Positions 19,441 to 28,984 of a DNA stretch of 64,000 bases are shown in pieces (the first letter of the stretch is position 1; every line of letters begins with the position of its first letter). Made by a program: the position numbers and the translations under genes. A model generated the notes under the pieces. It did not search any database. It had not been told where the DNA came from and saw only the letters and a list, made by a program, of their open reading frames with translations. This stretch comes from Candidatus Aenigmatarchaeota archaeon (lineage in GTDB: Archaea; Aenigmatarchaeota; Aenigmatarchaeia; CG10238-14; SpSt-28), in NCBI GenBank assembly GCA_038733315.1, contig JAVYPJ010000001.1, positions 199,863-263,862 of the forward strand, written 5' to 3'.

Positions 19441-19701
19441 ATGGTAGAAAAGAGAGTAAGAGTTAATGATGTAATAGGTAAGGTTGTTGTGGGAGAAAGT
19501 GGAAAAAGAATGGGAATAGTAAACAGCTTAACTTTTATAGTAGAAACTGGTGAGATATTAAATATCGTTGTTGAGCAGCCAACAAAGTATTTGGAGGAAT
19601 TTAATTTGAAGAAGGATGAAAACGGAAGGTATTTAATTCCGTTTCATGCGATTAAGAATATTGGAGATTTTGTGATAGTTAGTGAAAATGAATTAGTTTA
19701 G
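19441..19701 (+). CDS. PRC-barrel domain protein
   Basis: IGK.VV...G..MG.V......TGEI..I and IPF.AI..IGD.VIV. Confidence 0.88.
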   Translation: MVEKRVRVNDVIGKVVVGESGKRMGIVNSLTFIVETGEILNIVVEQPTKYLEEFNLKKDENGRYLIPFHAIKNIGDFVIVSENELV

Positions 19702-20681
19702 GCCCAAATTATTTCTACATCCTCTACTCTCCAGTTTCTTTTTATTGAGGTTTCTTTTATATTTATAGAATATCCATTTCTATATGCTAATAAAGCGGTT
19801 AGAGCAATCATAGCACCATTATCTGCAGAATATTTTATTGGAACAATTTTTGCCTCTGCACCTCTTTCTTTACACATTATATCAAACATTTCTTGTAATC
19901 TTTTGTTTGCAGCTACTCCACCAACTATTAGTGCTTCATTTTTTTCTAACATAGCCATAGCTCTTTCGCTAACCTCTACAATCATTGAGAATATTGTTTC
20001 TTGAAAGCTAAATATTATATCCTCTAAATCATATTTTCCATTTTTAATTAATTTTTTTACATACGTTACTATTCCACTAAAACTCAAATTCATACCTTTT
20101 ACGCTATATGGCATTTCTATATATTTTTTACCTTTTTTAGCTAATTCTTCTATTTTTGGTCCACCTGGCATTTCAAAGTTTAAAAATCTTGCAATCTCAT
20201 CTATAGCATTTCCTATTGCAATATCTTCAGTTTCTCCAAGAATTCTGTATCTTTTATTTACTAAGGAAATTATTTGAGTATTTCCTCCAGATAAATAAAC
20301 GATTATAGGGTCTTTTGAATTTGTTAACCATTTACCAATTTCTATATGGGCAACTCCATGGTTTACATCTACTAATGGCTTATTAAAAGTAAGAGAAATA
20401 TATCTAGCAAAAAAAGCACCAACTCTTAGTGCATTTGGTATTCCCATCCCTCTAGAAAATCCAATAACATCAACATCTTTTAAATCTATTTTTGCCTCAT
20501 CTAAGGCTTTAAATAATATTTCGTTAAATTTCTCTAAGTGATGATTAAACATTTCTCTAGGCAAATAACCTTTACCCTTTTCAGTTTTTAATGTATCTCT
20601 AACATCAGCTAATATTTCTTTTTCATTAACTATACCAATTCCTAAGGTATGTGCAGTGCTCTCTATTCCTAAGGAAATCAT
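19698..20681 (-). CDS. kae1: KEOPS t6A synthase Kae1
   Basis: LGIESTAHT, VNH..AHIE, LSGGNT, GGVAAN, DNGAMIA. Confidence 0.96.
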   Translation of the reverse strand: MISLGIESTAHTLGIGIVNEKEILADVRDTLKTEKGKGYLPREMFNHHLEKFNEILFKALDEAKIDLKDVDVIGFSRGMGIPNALRVGAFFARYISLTFNKPLVDVNHGVAHIEIGKWLTNSKDPIIVYLSGGNTQIISLVNKRYRILGETEDIAIGNAIDEIARFLNFEMPGGPKIEELAKKGKKYIEMPYSVKGMNLSFSGIVTYVKKLIKNGKYDLEDIIFSFQETIFSMIVEVSERAMAMLEKNEALIVGGVAANKRLQEMFDIMCKERGAEAKIVPIKYSADNGAMIALTALLAYRNGYSINIKETSIKRNWRVEDVEIIWA

Positions 20682-20789
20682 AAAAGAAATGAATCACAAA
20701 AATTAACATAAGAAATATATTTCAGCTAACTATAATAATAAATTTATATAAGATGGACGAAGATAGCTCAGCTAGGATTTGGAAGAAAC

Positions 20790-21338
20790 ATGAAGGAGAA
20801 AAGAATATTAGGATTGATATTAGTGCAGACTTTCATAGCTTTATCTCTAGGTTTAATAGGACCTATATATGCTATATACTTTGAAAAATTATCTAACGAC
20901 ACATATTTAGTTCCAATTCTTATAGGCATATACTGGATTTTTGTTGGTATTTTAGAACCAATTTTTGGAAGATATATAGATGTAATAGGTAAGAAAAAAG
21001 GATTTGTAATTGGTTGTATAGCAACTTCTTTTGCGATAATTTTATATCCCTTAGCTACTGATATTTCAACAGTTGCTATAGCACAGATTATAGCCGCTAT
21101 AGGCTATTCCTTAGAAACACCTTCTTATTATTCATTAATGGCTGAATTAACAAATAAGAAAAGAAGGGGTATTGAAATAGGAAGAGTTGATGGTTTTGGA
21201 AACCTAATTTATGGAATTTCTGCTATTTTATCAGCAATAGTATTATATTATTTTAACTTCGGTTTACTATTCTTTATAGCAGGGATTTCTTATCTCTCTG
21301 CTGGCTTAATATCAATTAGATTTATAGATGATATATAA
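20790..21338 (+). CDS. Half-size (6-TM) MFS-type protein
   Basis: MFS motif A (FGRYIDVIGKK); about six TM segments; 182 aa. Confidence 0.75.
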   Translation: MKEKRILGLILVQTFIALSLGLIGPIYAIYFEKLSNDTYLVPILIGIYWIFVGILEPIFGRYIDVIGKKKGFVIGCIATSFAIILYPLATDISTVAIAQIIAAIGYSLETPSYYSLMAELTNKKRRGIEIGRVDGFGNLIYGISAILSAIVLYYFNFGLLFFIAGISYLSAGLISIRFIDDI

Positions 21339-21389
21339 TCTTAACTTCCGATAAAAAATTATTTATTTTTACCCTATTATAAATTTAAA

Positions 21390-21764
21390 ATGGTAATAGA
21401 TGTTGGAAGCGTGTGTGTAAAGATAGCAGGGAGAGAAGCTTCAAGATATTGTGTAGTAGTTAAAAAAATAGATAATAATTTTGTTTTGATTACAGGACCT
21501 AAGCTATTGACTGGAGTAAAGAGAAGAAAATGTAATATAATGCATTTAGAGCCACTTCCTTTTAAACTAGAAATAAAAGAGGATGCAAGTGATAGAGAAG
21601 TTCTAGAAGCATGGAAAAAAAGTGGACTATACAAAAAATTAAACTTAAAATTACCGGCTGAGCACGAATTAAAAGAGGCAGAAAAACAAAATAAGGAAAA
21701 GAAAGAAGAGGTAAAAGAAGAGAAAAAGACAAAGAGAAAGAAGAAAGAAGGTGAGAAAAGTTGA
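21390..21764 (+). CDS. rpl14e: 50S ribosomal protein L14e
   Basis: G.VCVK.AGREA...CVVV..ID.NFVLITGPK...GVKRR.CN..HLEP. Confidence 0.96.
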   Translation: MVIDVGSVCVKIAGREASRYCVVVKKIDNNFVLITGPKLLTGVKRRKCNIMHLEPLPFKLEIKEDASDREVLEAWKKSGLYKKLNLKLPAEHELKEAEKQNKEKKEEVKEEKKTKRKKKEGEKS

Positions 21765-22749
21765 ATGGCTATATAGAATCTTAGATGAAGAGACAGATGA
21801 GAGGTTTGGTAAAGAACCTTCGAAAAGAACCTTAGAAGAGCTGAAGGATACTGGAATAATAAATGTAGATAAGCATATAGGGCCTACAAGTCATTTAATT
21901 TCTGAGGATATAAAAAAAATTCTTAATCTTAAAAAAACAGGCCATATAGGAACCTTAGATCCTAATGCTAGCGGAGTTTTACCTGTTTTACTAAATAAAA
22001 GTACGAGATTAGCACCTCTTTTTCAGAAATTAGATAAAGAATATGTTGGTGTAATGCATTTGCATAAAGACATAGATGAAAGTTTTTTAAAAGAATTCAT
22101 AGAAACAAAATTCATAGGAAAAATAAAACAAACACCCCCAAAAAGAAGTGCGGTAGCTAGAGTTTTAAGAGAAAGATATGTTTATGAGGCTTACCTTTTA
22201 GAAAAAGATGGTAAAGATGTTTTGTTTAAAATAATTTGTGAAAGTGGTTTTTATGTTAGAAAATATGTACATGATATGGGACAAAAACTAAAAATAGGAG
22301 CTCATTTAAAAGAGTTAAGAAGAGTTTCTATAGGCAAATATAACTTAGAAGAAAAAACTTATTATAAAATCTTTGATGAAGAAAATTCTATAAGCTTGTT
22401 TGATTTAATGAAGATGCTAAATAGCGAAGAAGAGCTAAGAAAAATTATTAAACCTGCAGAATACTATTTAACTCATGTAAAAAAAGTTTTTGTTAAGGAT
22501 ACTGCAATCCACAACATAACACTCGGCGCTCCTTTATATGTCTCTGGTATTACTAGAGTTCAGGCGGATATAAGGAAAAATGATTTGGTTGCGATTTTTA
22601 GTTTAAAAAATGAGTTGGTCGCTTTTGGTGTAGCGGTTATGGATAGTGTAGATATGATAAACTCGAAAGAAGGAATAGCTGTAAAGATTGATAGGGTATT
22701 CATAGATAAGAGTGTATATCCAAGAATTGGTGAGATTAATAAAACATGA
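21751..22749 (+). CDS. cbf5: H/ACA RNA-guided pseudouridine synthase Cbf5
   Basis: GPTSH, GH.GTLDP, Q.PP.RSAV, C-terminal PUA domain; downstream of rpl14e. Confidence 0.95.
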   Translation: MRKVEWLYRILDEETDERFGKEPSKRTLEELKDTGIINVDKHIGPTSHLISEDIKKILNLKKTGHIGTLDPNASGVLPVLLNKSTRLAPLFQKLDKEYVGVMHLHKDIDESFLKEFIETKFIGKIKQTPPKRSAVARVLRERYVYEAYLLEKDGKDVLFKIICESGFYVRKYVHDMGQKLKIGAHLKELRRVSIGKYNLEEKTYYKIFDEENSISLFDLMKMLNSEEELRKIIKPAEYYLTHVKKVFVKDTAIHNITLGAPLYVSGITRVQADIRKNDLVAIFSLKNELVAFGVAVMDSVDMINSKEGIAVKIDRVFIDKSVYPRIGEINKT

Positions 22750-23603
22750 AAGAAAGGGAATTAACATTAAACTTTGTAGAATTTTTGTTTGGAGATGTCT
22801 ATCACAAAATTGATATAGAGTGTCAAAGAATATGCAATAGCATTTTTAGATTTATTGAAAGAAACGGTTCTAAAAAAAGTGCGAAATATCTTTTAGAGGA
22901 TTTAAGCTTTAATAATAGAATCTCATTTCTTAGGAGCATTTATGATACTATAGAACAATCAAAACTCTACGAGATAGGTTTAATTTCTGGGTATAAAGAG
23001 TATCTTGGGATTCTGGAAGAAATTGGTAGTAGAGTAGAAGAAGAAAGAAGGATGTTAAAAAAATACGATAAAGAAATATTAATAAAAGAAGTATTGAAAA
23101 TAGCTTATAAAGTTCAGATAACAACAGATTGTATAGCGGTTAACTTTAAAAACTTTATGGACTATATTGCTTTTTTTGCTTCAGAAGATTATTACAGTAA
23201 TTTTAATTCTTTCAAACAGAAAAAACTCAGAGAAATAGAGAGGGTCGTGAATAATTTAAAATCAAATAAGGGTAAAATTAATAAAGACGACTATAGAACA
23301 CTTTCTCAGTTAATTATAGACTCTTTTGGAATTAATAATCTAGAAAATTCTTTATATTATACCATTATTATTTTGCCTCCTGAAGAAATATTTACTAATT
23401 CTTGGCCTACTCAAGAAAAAGAAATGAGAAAGTTTTTAGATAGTGGAAAAATAGATGAAATAATAGAAAGAAAGGTTAATGTATACAGAATATTTTCTAC
23501 TGCTCGTCAAATTAACATAAAATCCGAGTTTTTACCAATGATAGAGAAGTATGTAAAAAAAATAAAAACAGATTTTAGCGAGATTAATATCGATGTGGTT
23601 TAG
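22746..23603 (+). CDS. Hypothetical protein
   Basis: 285-aa ORF overlapping cbf5 stop; no motif recognised. Confidence 0.6.
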   Translation: MKERELTLNFVEFLFGDVYHKIDIECQRICNSIFRFIERNGSKKSAKYLLEDLSFNNRISFLRSIYDTIEQSKLYEIGLISGYKEYLGILEEIGSRVEEERRMLKKYDKEILIKEVLKIAYKVQITTDCIAVNFKNFMDYIAFFASEDYYSNFNSFKQKKLREIERVVNNLKSNKGKINKDDYRTLSQLIIDSFGINNLENSLYYTIIILPPEEIFTNSWPTQEKEMRKFLDSGKIDEIIERKVNVYRIFSTARQINIKSEFLPMIEKYVKKIKTDFSEINIDVV

Positions 23604-23609
23604 TAAATT

Positions 23610-24089
23610 TTACTTATAGTTTATAATATCTATATAAACAGATTTTAAGTTTTCATGATTATTAGAATTCAGCTGTTGAGTAATGAAATTTAAGCCATGA
23701 AATCCTTCTCTCGTGAAATATTCTTCAATATAATCTAAGTCAATATAAGATTTTAGTTTTCTTAGCATAGCAGCTGATATACTTATACTCAGTATTTCAC
23801 TTATTCTTTTAAATTTGTCAAGAAGATTTTCGCTTTTTATCGCTTCTAGAAAGTTTGTATCTATTATACCAATTCTTTTTAGTTTTTCTAAATAATTCGA
23901 TAAAAGATTATTTAACTCATCTTCAATCAAATTAAATTTATCATTAATTTTCTTAGTTTCTCCATCGCTGAGTTTCACTATTACAGAATTCTCTGATATA
24001 TAAGCTTCTGCTACTTTATCTTCGTTTATTTCTAGCACCCTGCTAACTATTTGCTTTGGTATTTCTATTAAATATGTTTCTCTTTTCAT
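23610..24089 (-). CDS. Hypothetical protein
   Basis: 159-aa ORF; no motif recognised. Confidence 0.6.
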   Translation of the reverse strand: MKRETYLIEIPKQIVSRVLEINEDKVAEAYISENSVIVKLSDGETKKINDKFNLIEDELNNLLSNYLEKLKRIGIIDTNFLEAIKSENLLDKFKRISEILSISISAAMLRKLKSYIDLDYIEEYFTREGFHGLNFITQQLNSNNHENLKSVYIDIINYK

Positions 24090-24171
24090 AAATCATTAAA
24101 ATAAATATAATTTAAAGAAATGGAATAAAAATTAAAAATATAGCTATGCAAAAACAAGGGAACCAGAAAAA

Positions 24172-24648
24172 TCAAACACTCTGAATAGAAGAAGGTTCAA
24201 AAATTTTAAAAACACATTTTTCTTTGTTTATATTTTTACATTCAATTTCTTCTACTTCTAAATTTTTATCAAGGAAATATTTAACACCATAAGCTAATAT
24301 CCCGGCTTGAATAAAATCTACACATATTTTTACTTTAGGAGTTTTAACAAATTTTGTTATATAGCTAGATATTGGGCAATTTTTACAAATAAAGATTTTT
24401 TTATTCTCTATAAAATCAATCTTTCCAAATCCCAAAAAATACAAAATTTCTAAAAATTTATTTAGATTTTCTGGTTTATAAGTTTCTATAATCTTTTCTC
24501 CAATCCTTTTTCCAAAAGAATAGTGTAAATTAGTTGTTATCCTTCCTATTAAAGATAATGATACTATTAAAAATTTAGCATAAAGTTCAGCGCAAGTTAC
24601 AAAGTAATCCTTATCTTTTATTATCTTTGAAATATTTTGAATCGACAT
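24172..24648 (-). CDS. V4R-domain protein
   Basis: G...G; GFG.I; C....G...G; EEIEC......C.F. Confidence 0.75.
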   Translation of the reverse strand: MSIQNISKIIKDKDYFVTCAELYAKFLIVSLSLIGRITTNLHYSFGKRIGEKIIETYKPENLNKFLEILYFLGFGKIDFIENKKIFICKNCPISSYITKFVKTPKVKICVDFIQAGILAYGVKYFLDKNLEVEEIECKNINKEKCVFKIFEPSSIQSV

Positions 24649-25112
24649 GATTTCTTATTATCTATTTGACAACTTTCTTCTATACCATCGAACTCCTTTA
24701 GTAAGCATGCAGATATCATTCCAGCAAACCATTTAGAAAGATATTCGCAGCTCTTTAAATCATTTTTTACAAAAAAATTGTTTTTAGTTTCTATTAAAAA
24801 ACATTTTTCATCTCTCTTAAAAGTTAGATCTTCATACCACCTAAAATTTATTCCAATATTTTTCAAATTTTCAAAAAAGTTCTCTAAGTTTTTATACTCA
24901 TAATTAGATATCATAGATTGTGCAGTGCTTTTACCAAGTTCGTAAAAACATATATTTAAAATTCCTTTTGCTGATTTTCCAAAAAACTTTTCATATTCTT
25001 GGCATAAAATTGGCAAAGAATCGGAAAAAAGAATAATAAAAGGTCTTCTCTTTTTACCAAACTTTTCTATTATTAAATCGTTTTCGAAGGATAAACATTC
25101 TTCTATATTCAT
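24621..25112 (-). CDS. V4R-domain protein
   Basis: C.Y...WFAGM...; GIEESC......CRF. Confidence 0.75.
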   Translation of the reverse strand: MNIEECLSFENDLIIEKFGKKRRPFIILFSDSLPILCQEYEKFFGKSAKGILNICFYELGKSTAQSMISNYEYKNLENFFENLKNIGINFRWYEDLTFKRDEKCFLIETKNNFFVKNDLKSCEYLSKWFAGMISACLLKEFDGIEESCQIDNKKSCRFKIFQR

Positions 25113-25136
25113 AATTCATATTGATTAATATTTTTT

Positions 25137-26345
25137 ATGAATTTAAAAAAAGAGATTTTGGATAATGGAATAATTTTGTATAAGCCAAGAATTCCAAGTA
25201 CAAATACTATAGCGATTTCTATAAATGTAAATATAGGAAGCGTCTACGAAGAAGAAGATAAGAGAGGAATTTCGCATTTATTAGAGCATATGATGTTTAA
25301 ATCGAACAAGAAATATTCTGCAAAAGAGGTTTCTATGGGATTAGAATTAAACGGTGGAATTTCTAACGCATTTACCTCAAATTTTCTAACCTCTTATTTT
25401 GTAGAGGTAATTCCTAAGGGATTCGAAAGAATTTTGGATATATTACATTCTATGTTTATAAACGAAAATTATAAAAAAGATGAGTTTGAAAGGGAAAAGA
25501 AAGTCGTTTTGAGCGAAATAGAGAGGTATGAAAATAATCCAGAGGATATGCTAGAAAGATTAATACCAAAAAGCATTTTCGGTAATAGTGATTATGGCAG
25601 TCCTATTAGTGGTTATAGGGAAACTGTAAGTTCAATTTCTAAGGAAGAATTAGAAGAGTTTAAATTAAAATATTATTGTTCAAAGAATACTTTTATTTTA
25701 ATAGAGGGAAATTTTAGTGATAAACATTTAGAATTAATTAGGAAAAAATTTTCTAAAATAGAGGAATCAAGCGCTAAGAAAAAGAAGCCATCCAAATCTA
25801 AGGGTAGCGATATTATCAAAAGGATGAATACAAAAAATCAAATATATTATTCGAAAAATTTTGAGATTGAGTTTAATAAGAATAATTTTTTCATGCCATT
25901 TATATTTAGCAAAGTTATTTCTGGAGGAATATCGTCTTTAATGTTTGATGTGTTTAGGGAAAAATATGGTATAGGTTATAGAGTTTATTTCGAACCAACG
26001 TATATTTACGAAGATAGAATTATATTAACTCTTGGCATTCCTGGGTATGAGAAAGAGAGAGAAAAGAATGTAAATGCTGCATATGAATATTTAATCGAAC
26101 AAATATTAGATAGAAAAAACTTTCAGAAATATTTGAATGGTAGAAAAAAAGTTATTAGCTTAGAATATGAAAAAATAAAAGGGGATTTATTCAAAAGAAT
26201 TTTGAGAGAAGTTTTTATAGTCTCTATTAATGAAAAGACCATAGACGATTTTTATTCAAAAGCTATTAGTATAAAAACAGAAGAGATAATCGAGTTCTTA
26301 AAATACTTAGAGGAATCAAAAATTGTAAAGATTATTCCATTATGA
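25137..26345 (+). CDS. M16-family (pitrilysin-like) zinc peptidase
   Basis: GISHLLEHMMF inverted HxxEH; NAFTS; REK.VV..E. Confidence 0.92.
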   Translation: MNLKKEILDNGIILYKPRIPSTNTIAISINVNIGSVYEEEDKRGISHLLEHMMFKSNKKYSAKEVSMGLELNGGISNAFTSNFLTSYFVEVIPKGFERILDILHSMFINENYKKDEFEREKKVVLSEIERYENNPEDMLERLIPKSIFGNSDYGSPISGYRETVSSISKEELEEFKLKYYCSKNTFILIEGNFSDKHLELIRKKFSKIEESSAKKKKPSKSKGSDIIKRMNTKNQIYYSKNFEIEFNKNNFFMPFIFSKVISGGISSLMFDVFREKYGIGYRVYFEPTYIYEDRIILTLGIPGYEKEREKNVNAAYEYLIEQILDRKNFQKYLNGRKKVISLEYEKIKGDLFKRILREVFIVSINEKTIDDFYSKAISIKTEEIIEFLKYLEESKIVKIIPL

Positions 26346-26368
26346 ATAGCTTTATATTCTATTAGGGA

Positions 26369-26443
26369 GGACCCGTAGCTCAGCCTGGATAGAGCGCTGG
26401 TTTGCGGAACCAGAGGTCGCGGGTTCAAATCCCGCCGGGTCCG
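26369..26443 (+). tRNA. tRNA-Arg(GCG)
   Basis: Cloverleaf; CTGGT-TTGCGGA-ACCAG. Confidence 0.97.
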
Positions 26444-26446
26444 ATA

Positions 26447-26725
26447 TTATTCCTTAGAGAGTTTTTCTTTAATTTCTTCTTCTCCTTTTTTTAATTCTTC
26501 TTTTTGCTCTTTGTCTATTTCTAATAACAAAGATAAAAATTCACCGACGTGCGTTTTCTCTTCCTTAGCTACATCTAATAAAACCTTTTTAATTTTTTGG
26601 TCTTCTGTTTTTGCAGCTAGTTGTTCATAGAGATTTATTGCATCCAACTCTGCTATTATTCCTAGTCTAAGAATTTGCTTTTCAACATCTTTATCCTCTA
26701 TTTTTATTGGCCTTTCCGACAACAT
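26447..26725 (-). CDS. Short ferritin-like (encapsulated ferritin/Flp-type) protein
   Basis: AELDAINLYEQ...DVAKEEKTHVGEF ferroxidase half-site. Confidence 0.85.
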   Translation of the reverse strand: MLSERPIKIEDKDVEKQILRLGIIAELDAINLYEQLAAKTEDQKIKKVLLDVAKEEKTHVGEFLSLLLEIDKEQKEELKKGEEEIKEKLSKE

Positions 26726-26753
26726 AAAAATTTATAACTAATACAAATAAATA

Positions 26754-27158
26754 ATGAGGGTTTTATTATCTCATTGTGATTTTATAGAATTTAAGCCAAT
26801 AAGAAAAGAGATTAAAATTGCGGAAGATGTTGAAATAAAAAGTTATAGATACGAAGAAATACTAGTTGCTTTTACTGCAATAGAAAAAGATGATAACGAA
26901 GAAAAGATAGAAAAAATGTGTAATGAAATTAAAATTGTAGCTAATAGGATAGGTATTAATTCGGTATTAATTTATCCTTTTGCTCATTTAAGTAACAATT
27001 TAACAAAACCAGAAATTGCTATAAGGTTAATTAAACTTCTCGGAGAAAAATTAAAGAATGAAAATATGAAAGTTTATTTTGCTCCCTTTGGATGGGCAAA
27101 AGAATTACATATAAAAGTTAAGGGACATCCGCTAGCAGAAAGTCTGAGAGTAATTTAA
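26754..27158 (+). CDS. Free-standing archaeal ThrRS editing domain
   Basis: LL.H.D, YPFAHLS, APFGW.K...KVKGHPLAES.R. Confidence 0.92.
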   Translation: MRVLLSHCDFIEFKPIRKEIKIAEDVEIKSYRYEEILVAFTAIEKDDNEEKIEKMCNEIKIVANRIGINSVLIYPFAHLSNNLTKPEIAIRLIKLLGEKLKNENMKVYFAPFGWAKELHIKVKGHPLAESLRVI

Positions 27159-27442
27159 TTTTTAAATGGTATAATTACTTCTATCTTATCTATATTGTAT
27201 TTTTTCTTAAGATTTTCCTCTAACTTTTTAGAATCTTCTAAACCAATAATTAATAATTGTAGGCGGTTTTCCTTTGGAATATAGGTAATTATGACATTAG
27301 GTTCGTTCGGATTTTTTATATCGACTATTTTTATATTTTTTCCTAGAGCAGCTTCTATTTCTTTAATTATATTATCTATTTTATAGGATGAATTATCTAA
27401 ATTATAAAGATTGTAAATAGTTATTTTAATTTCTTTTTTCAT
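27155..27442 (-). CDS. Hypothetical protein
   Basis: 95-aa ORF. Confidence 0.5.
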   Translation of the reverse strand: MKKEIKITIYNLYNLDNSSYKIDNIIKEIEAALGKNIKIVDIKNPNEPNVIITYIPKENRLQLLIIGLEDSKKLEENLKKKYNIDKIEVIIPFKN

Positions 27443-27493
27443 TTTTCAGCGGCGTTACTATAAATATATTAATTTTGGTAAGAACAATAAATA

Positions 27494-27766
27494 ATGGAAG
27501 TAAATATATTAAAAAAAGAAGGGAACACGCTTTTAGTAGAGTTGAAGGGAGAGAGTGAAACATTTGCTAATTTAATAAGGGAGGAACTTTGGAATGTTAA
27601 AGGAGTAATAGAGGCTGCACATATAAAGGAGCATCCAGAATTAGCGGAACCAAAGATATGGATAAAAACAGATGGTATAGATCCGATGGAAGCTTTAAAA
27701 ATTGCGGTAGAAAATTTATTAAAAAAATTCGAAGAAATTAAAAAAAGTTATAAAAAACAACTCTGA
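27494..27766 (+). CDS. rpoL: DNA-directed RNA polymerase subunit L (Rpo11)
   Basis: GE..T..NL.R.EL....GV..A....HP....P...IKTDG..P..AL. Confidence 0.92.
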   Translation: MEVNILKKEGNTLLVELKGESETFANLIREELWNVKGVIEAAHIKEHPELAEPKIWIKTDGIDPMEALKIAVENLLKKFEEIKKSYKKQL

Positions 27767-27809
27767 ACTTATTTATTTTATTTTGATAAAAAAATATTTT
27801 TATTAAAAA

Positions 27810-27882
27810 GCCAGGGTAGCTCAGCAGGTAGAGCGTCCGGCTGTTAACCGGAAGGTCGCCGGTTCGAATCCGGCCCCTGGCG
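27810..27882 (+). tRNA. tRNA-Asn(GTT)
   Basis: Cloverleaf; TCCGG-CTGTTAA-CCGGA. Confidence 0.97.
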
Positions 27883-27910
27883 AAAAAATAAAATAAAGAA
27901 ATAATAATTT

Positions 27911-27984
27911 TATGCCCTACCTACCAGCCTCTAATGAGCTGTGAGTCAAGCAAGCTATGAGTTGGATGCACGAGGTAGGGCATA
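27911..27984 (+). ncRNA. H/ACA-like pseudouridylation guide RNA with K-turn
   Basis: Lower stem GCCCTACCT/AGGTAGGGC, internal loop ACCAGCC/TGCACG, upper stem TCTAAT/GTTGGA, K-turn GA-GC..GC-TAT-GA, ANA box (ATA) 15 nt below the upper stem. Confidence 0.78.
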
Positions 27985-28033
27985 GCCGATATTTTTATTT
28001 TCATTAAAAATAGCTTCTTAAAACATATGTTTT

Positions 28034-28984
28034 ATGATAAGAATAACTTTTTTGGGAACCTCTGCTGGAATTCCTAGTTTTAGTAGGAATCATCCTTCAA
28101 TAGCTATAGAATATTTTGGTAAAGATTATAAGCTTTTTCTTTTAGATTGTGGCGAGGGAACTCAACTACAACTAATGAAAGCAGGAATAAGCTTTATGAA
28201 AATAAATTCTATTTTCATAACTCATTGGCATGCGGACCATTTTGCTGGCTTAATATCTTTAATTCAAACAATGAATATAGAAGGAAGAGAAAAAAGTTTG
28301 AGAATTTTTGCTCCAGAGGCTTCAAAATACGTTAAAAATATATTAAATCTTTATGCTTACAAACCATTTTTTGAGATTTTGCCTATTGATGTTGAATTAT
28401 CTGAAAATCCAAAAAAATTTTTTGAGGATGAAGAGTTGGAGTTTAGTGCTATAAAGGTTAAGCATAGTGTTAATAGCGTTGCGTATTCAGTTAAAGAAAA
28501 AGATAAATATACAATAGATGAAGAAAAATTAAAAGGTTTTAATTTAAAAAAAGGTAAATGGTTAGATGTAATAAAGAAAAAGGGATATTATGAGTTTGAA
28601 GATGGTAAAAAAATTAAAATAGAAGAAATAGCAGTTTTAAAAAAAGGATTAAAAATAACGTATAGTGGTGATTGTATATATGATGAAAATTTAGTAAAGT
28701 TAGCTAAGGATTCAAAAATATTAATACACGAGGCAACATATGCTGAAAGTGATAAAGATGAGGAAAAATTACATTCTAGCGTTTCAGACGCCGCAAAAAT
28801 AGCAAGTTTAGCTGGAGTAGAGCTATTGGTATTAACTCATATAAGTAGAAGATATCAAACAGAAGATGATATAATAAACATATTGACAGAAGCTAAGAAA
28901 ATCTTTAGGAATGTAATAGTAGCTGAAGATTTTTTAGTAATAGAGGTTTGTAAGGATAAGACAAACATTTATAAGAAGGTATGA
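28034..28984 (+). CDS. rnz: Ribonuclease Z
   Basis: FLGTS, DCGEGTQ, THWHADH, exosite, SGD, HEAT, LTHIS.RY. Confidence 0.96.
   Translation: MIRITFLGTSAGIPSFSRNHPSIAIEYFGKDYKLFLLDCGEGTQLQLMKAGISFMKINSIFITHWHADHFAGLISLIQTMNIEGREKSLRIFAPEASKYVKNILNLYAYKPFFEILPIDVELSENPKKFFEDEELEFSAIKVKHSVNSVAYSVKEKDKYTIDEEKLKGFNLKKGKWLDVIKKKGYYEFEDGKKIKIEEIAVLKKGLKITYSGDCIYDENLVKLAKDSKILIHEATYAESDKDEEKLHSSVSDAAKIASLAGVELLVLTHISRRYQTEDDIINILTEAKKIFRNVIVAEDFLVIEVCKDKTNIYKKV

Noticed and set aside
20753..20884. Purine-rich stretch and a 43-codon out-of-frame ORF (MDEDSSARIW...) at the MFS start; considered as riboswitch or C/D RNA
   Set aside because: No convincing boxes, stem or fluoride-riboswitch consensus; an ORF of this size can arise by chance.
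27443..27470. Minus-strand AGTAACGCCG-CTGA guide-like motif
   Set aside because: No upstream C/C'/D' boxes.
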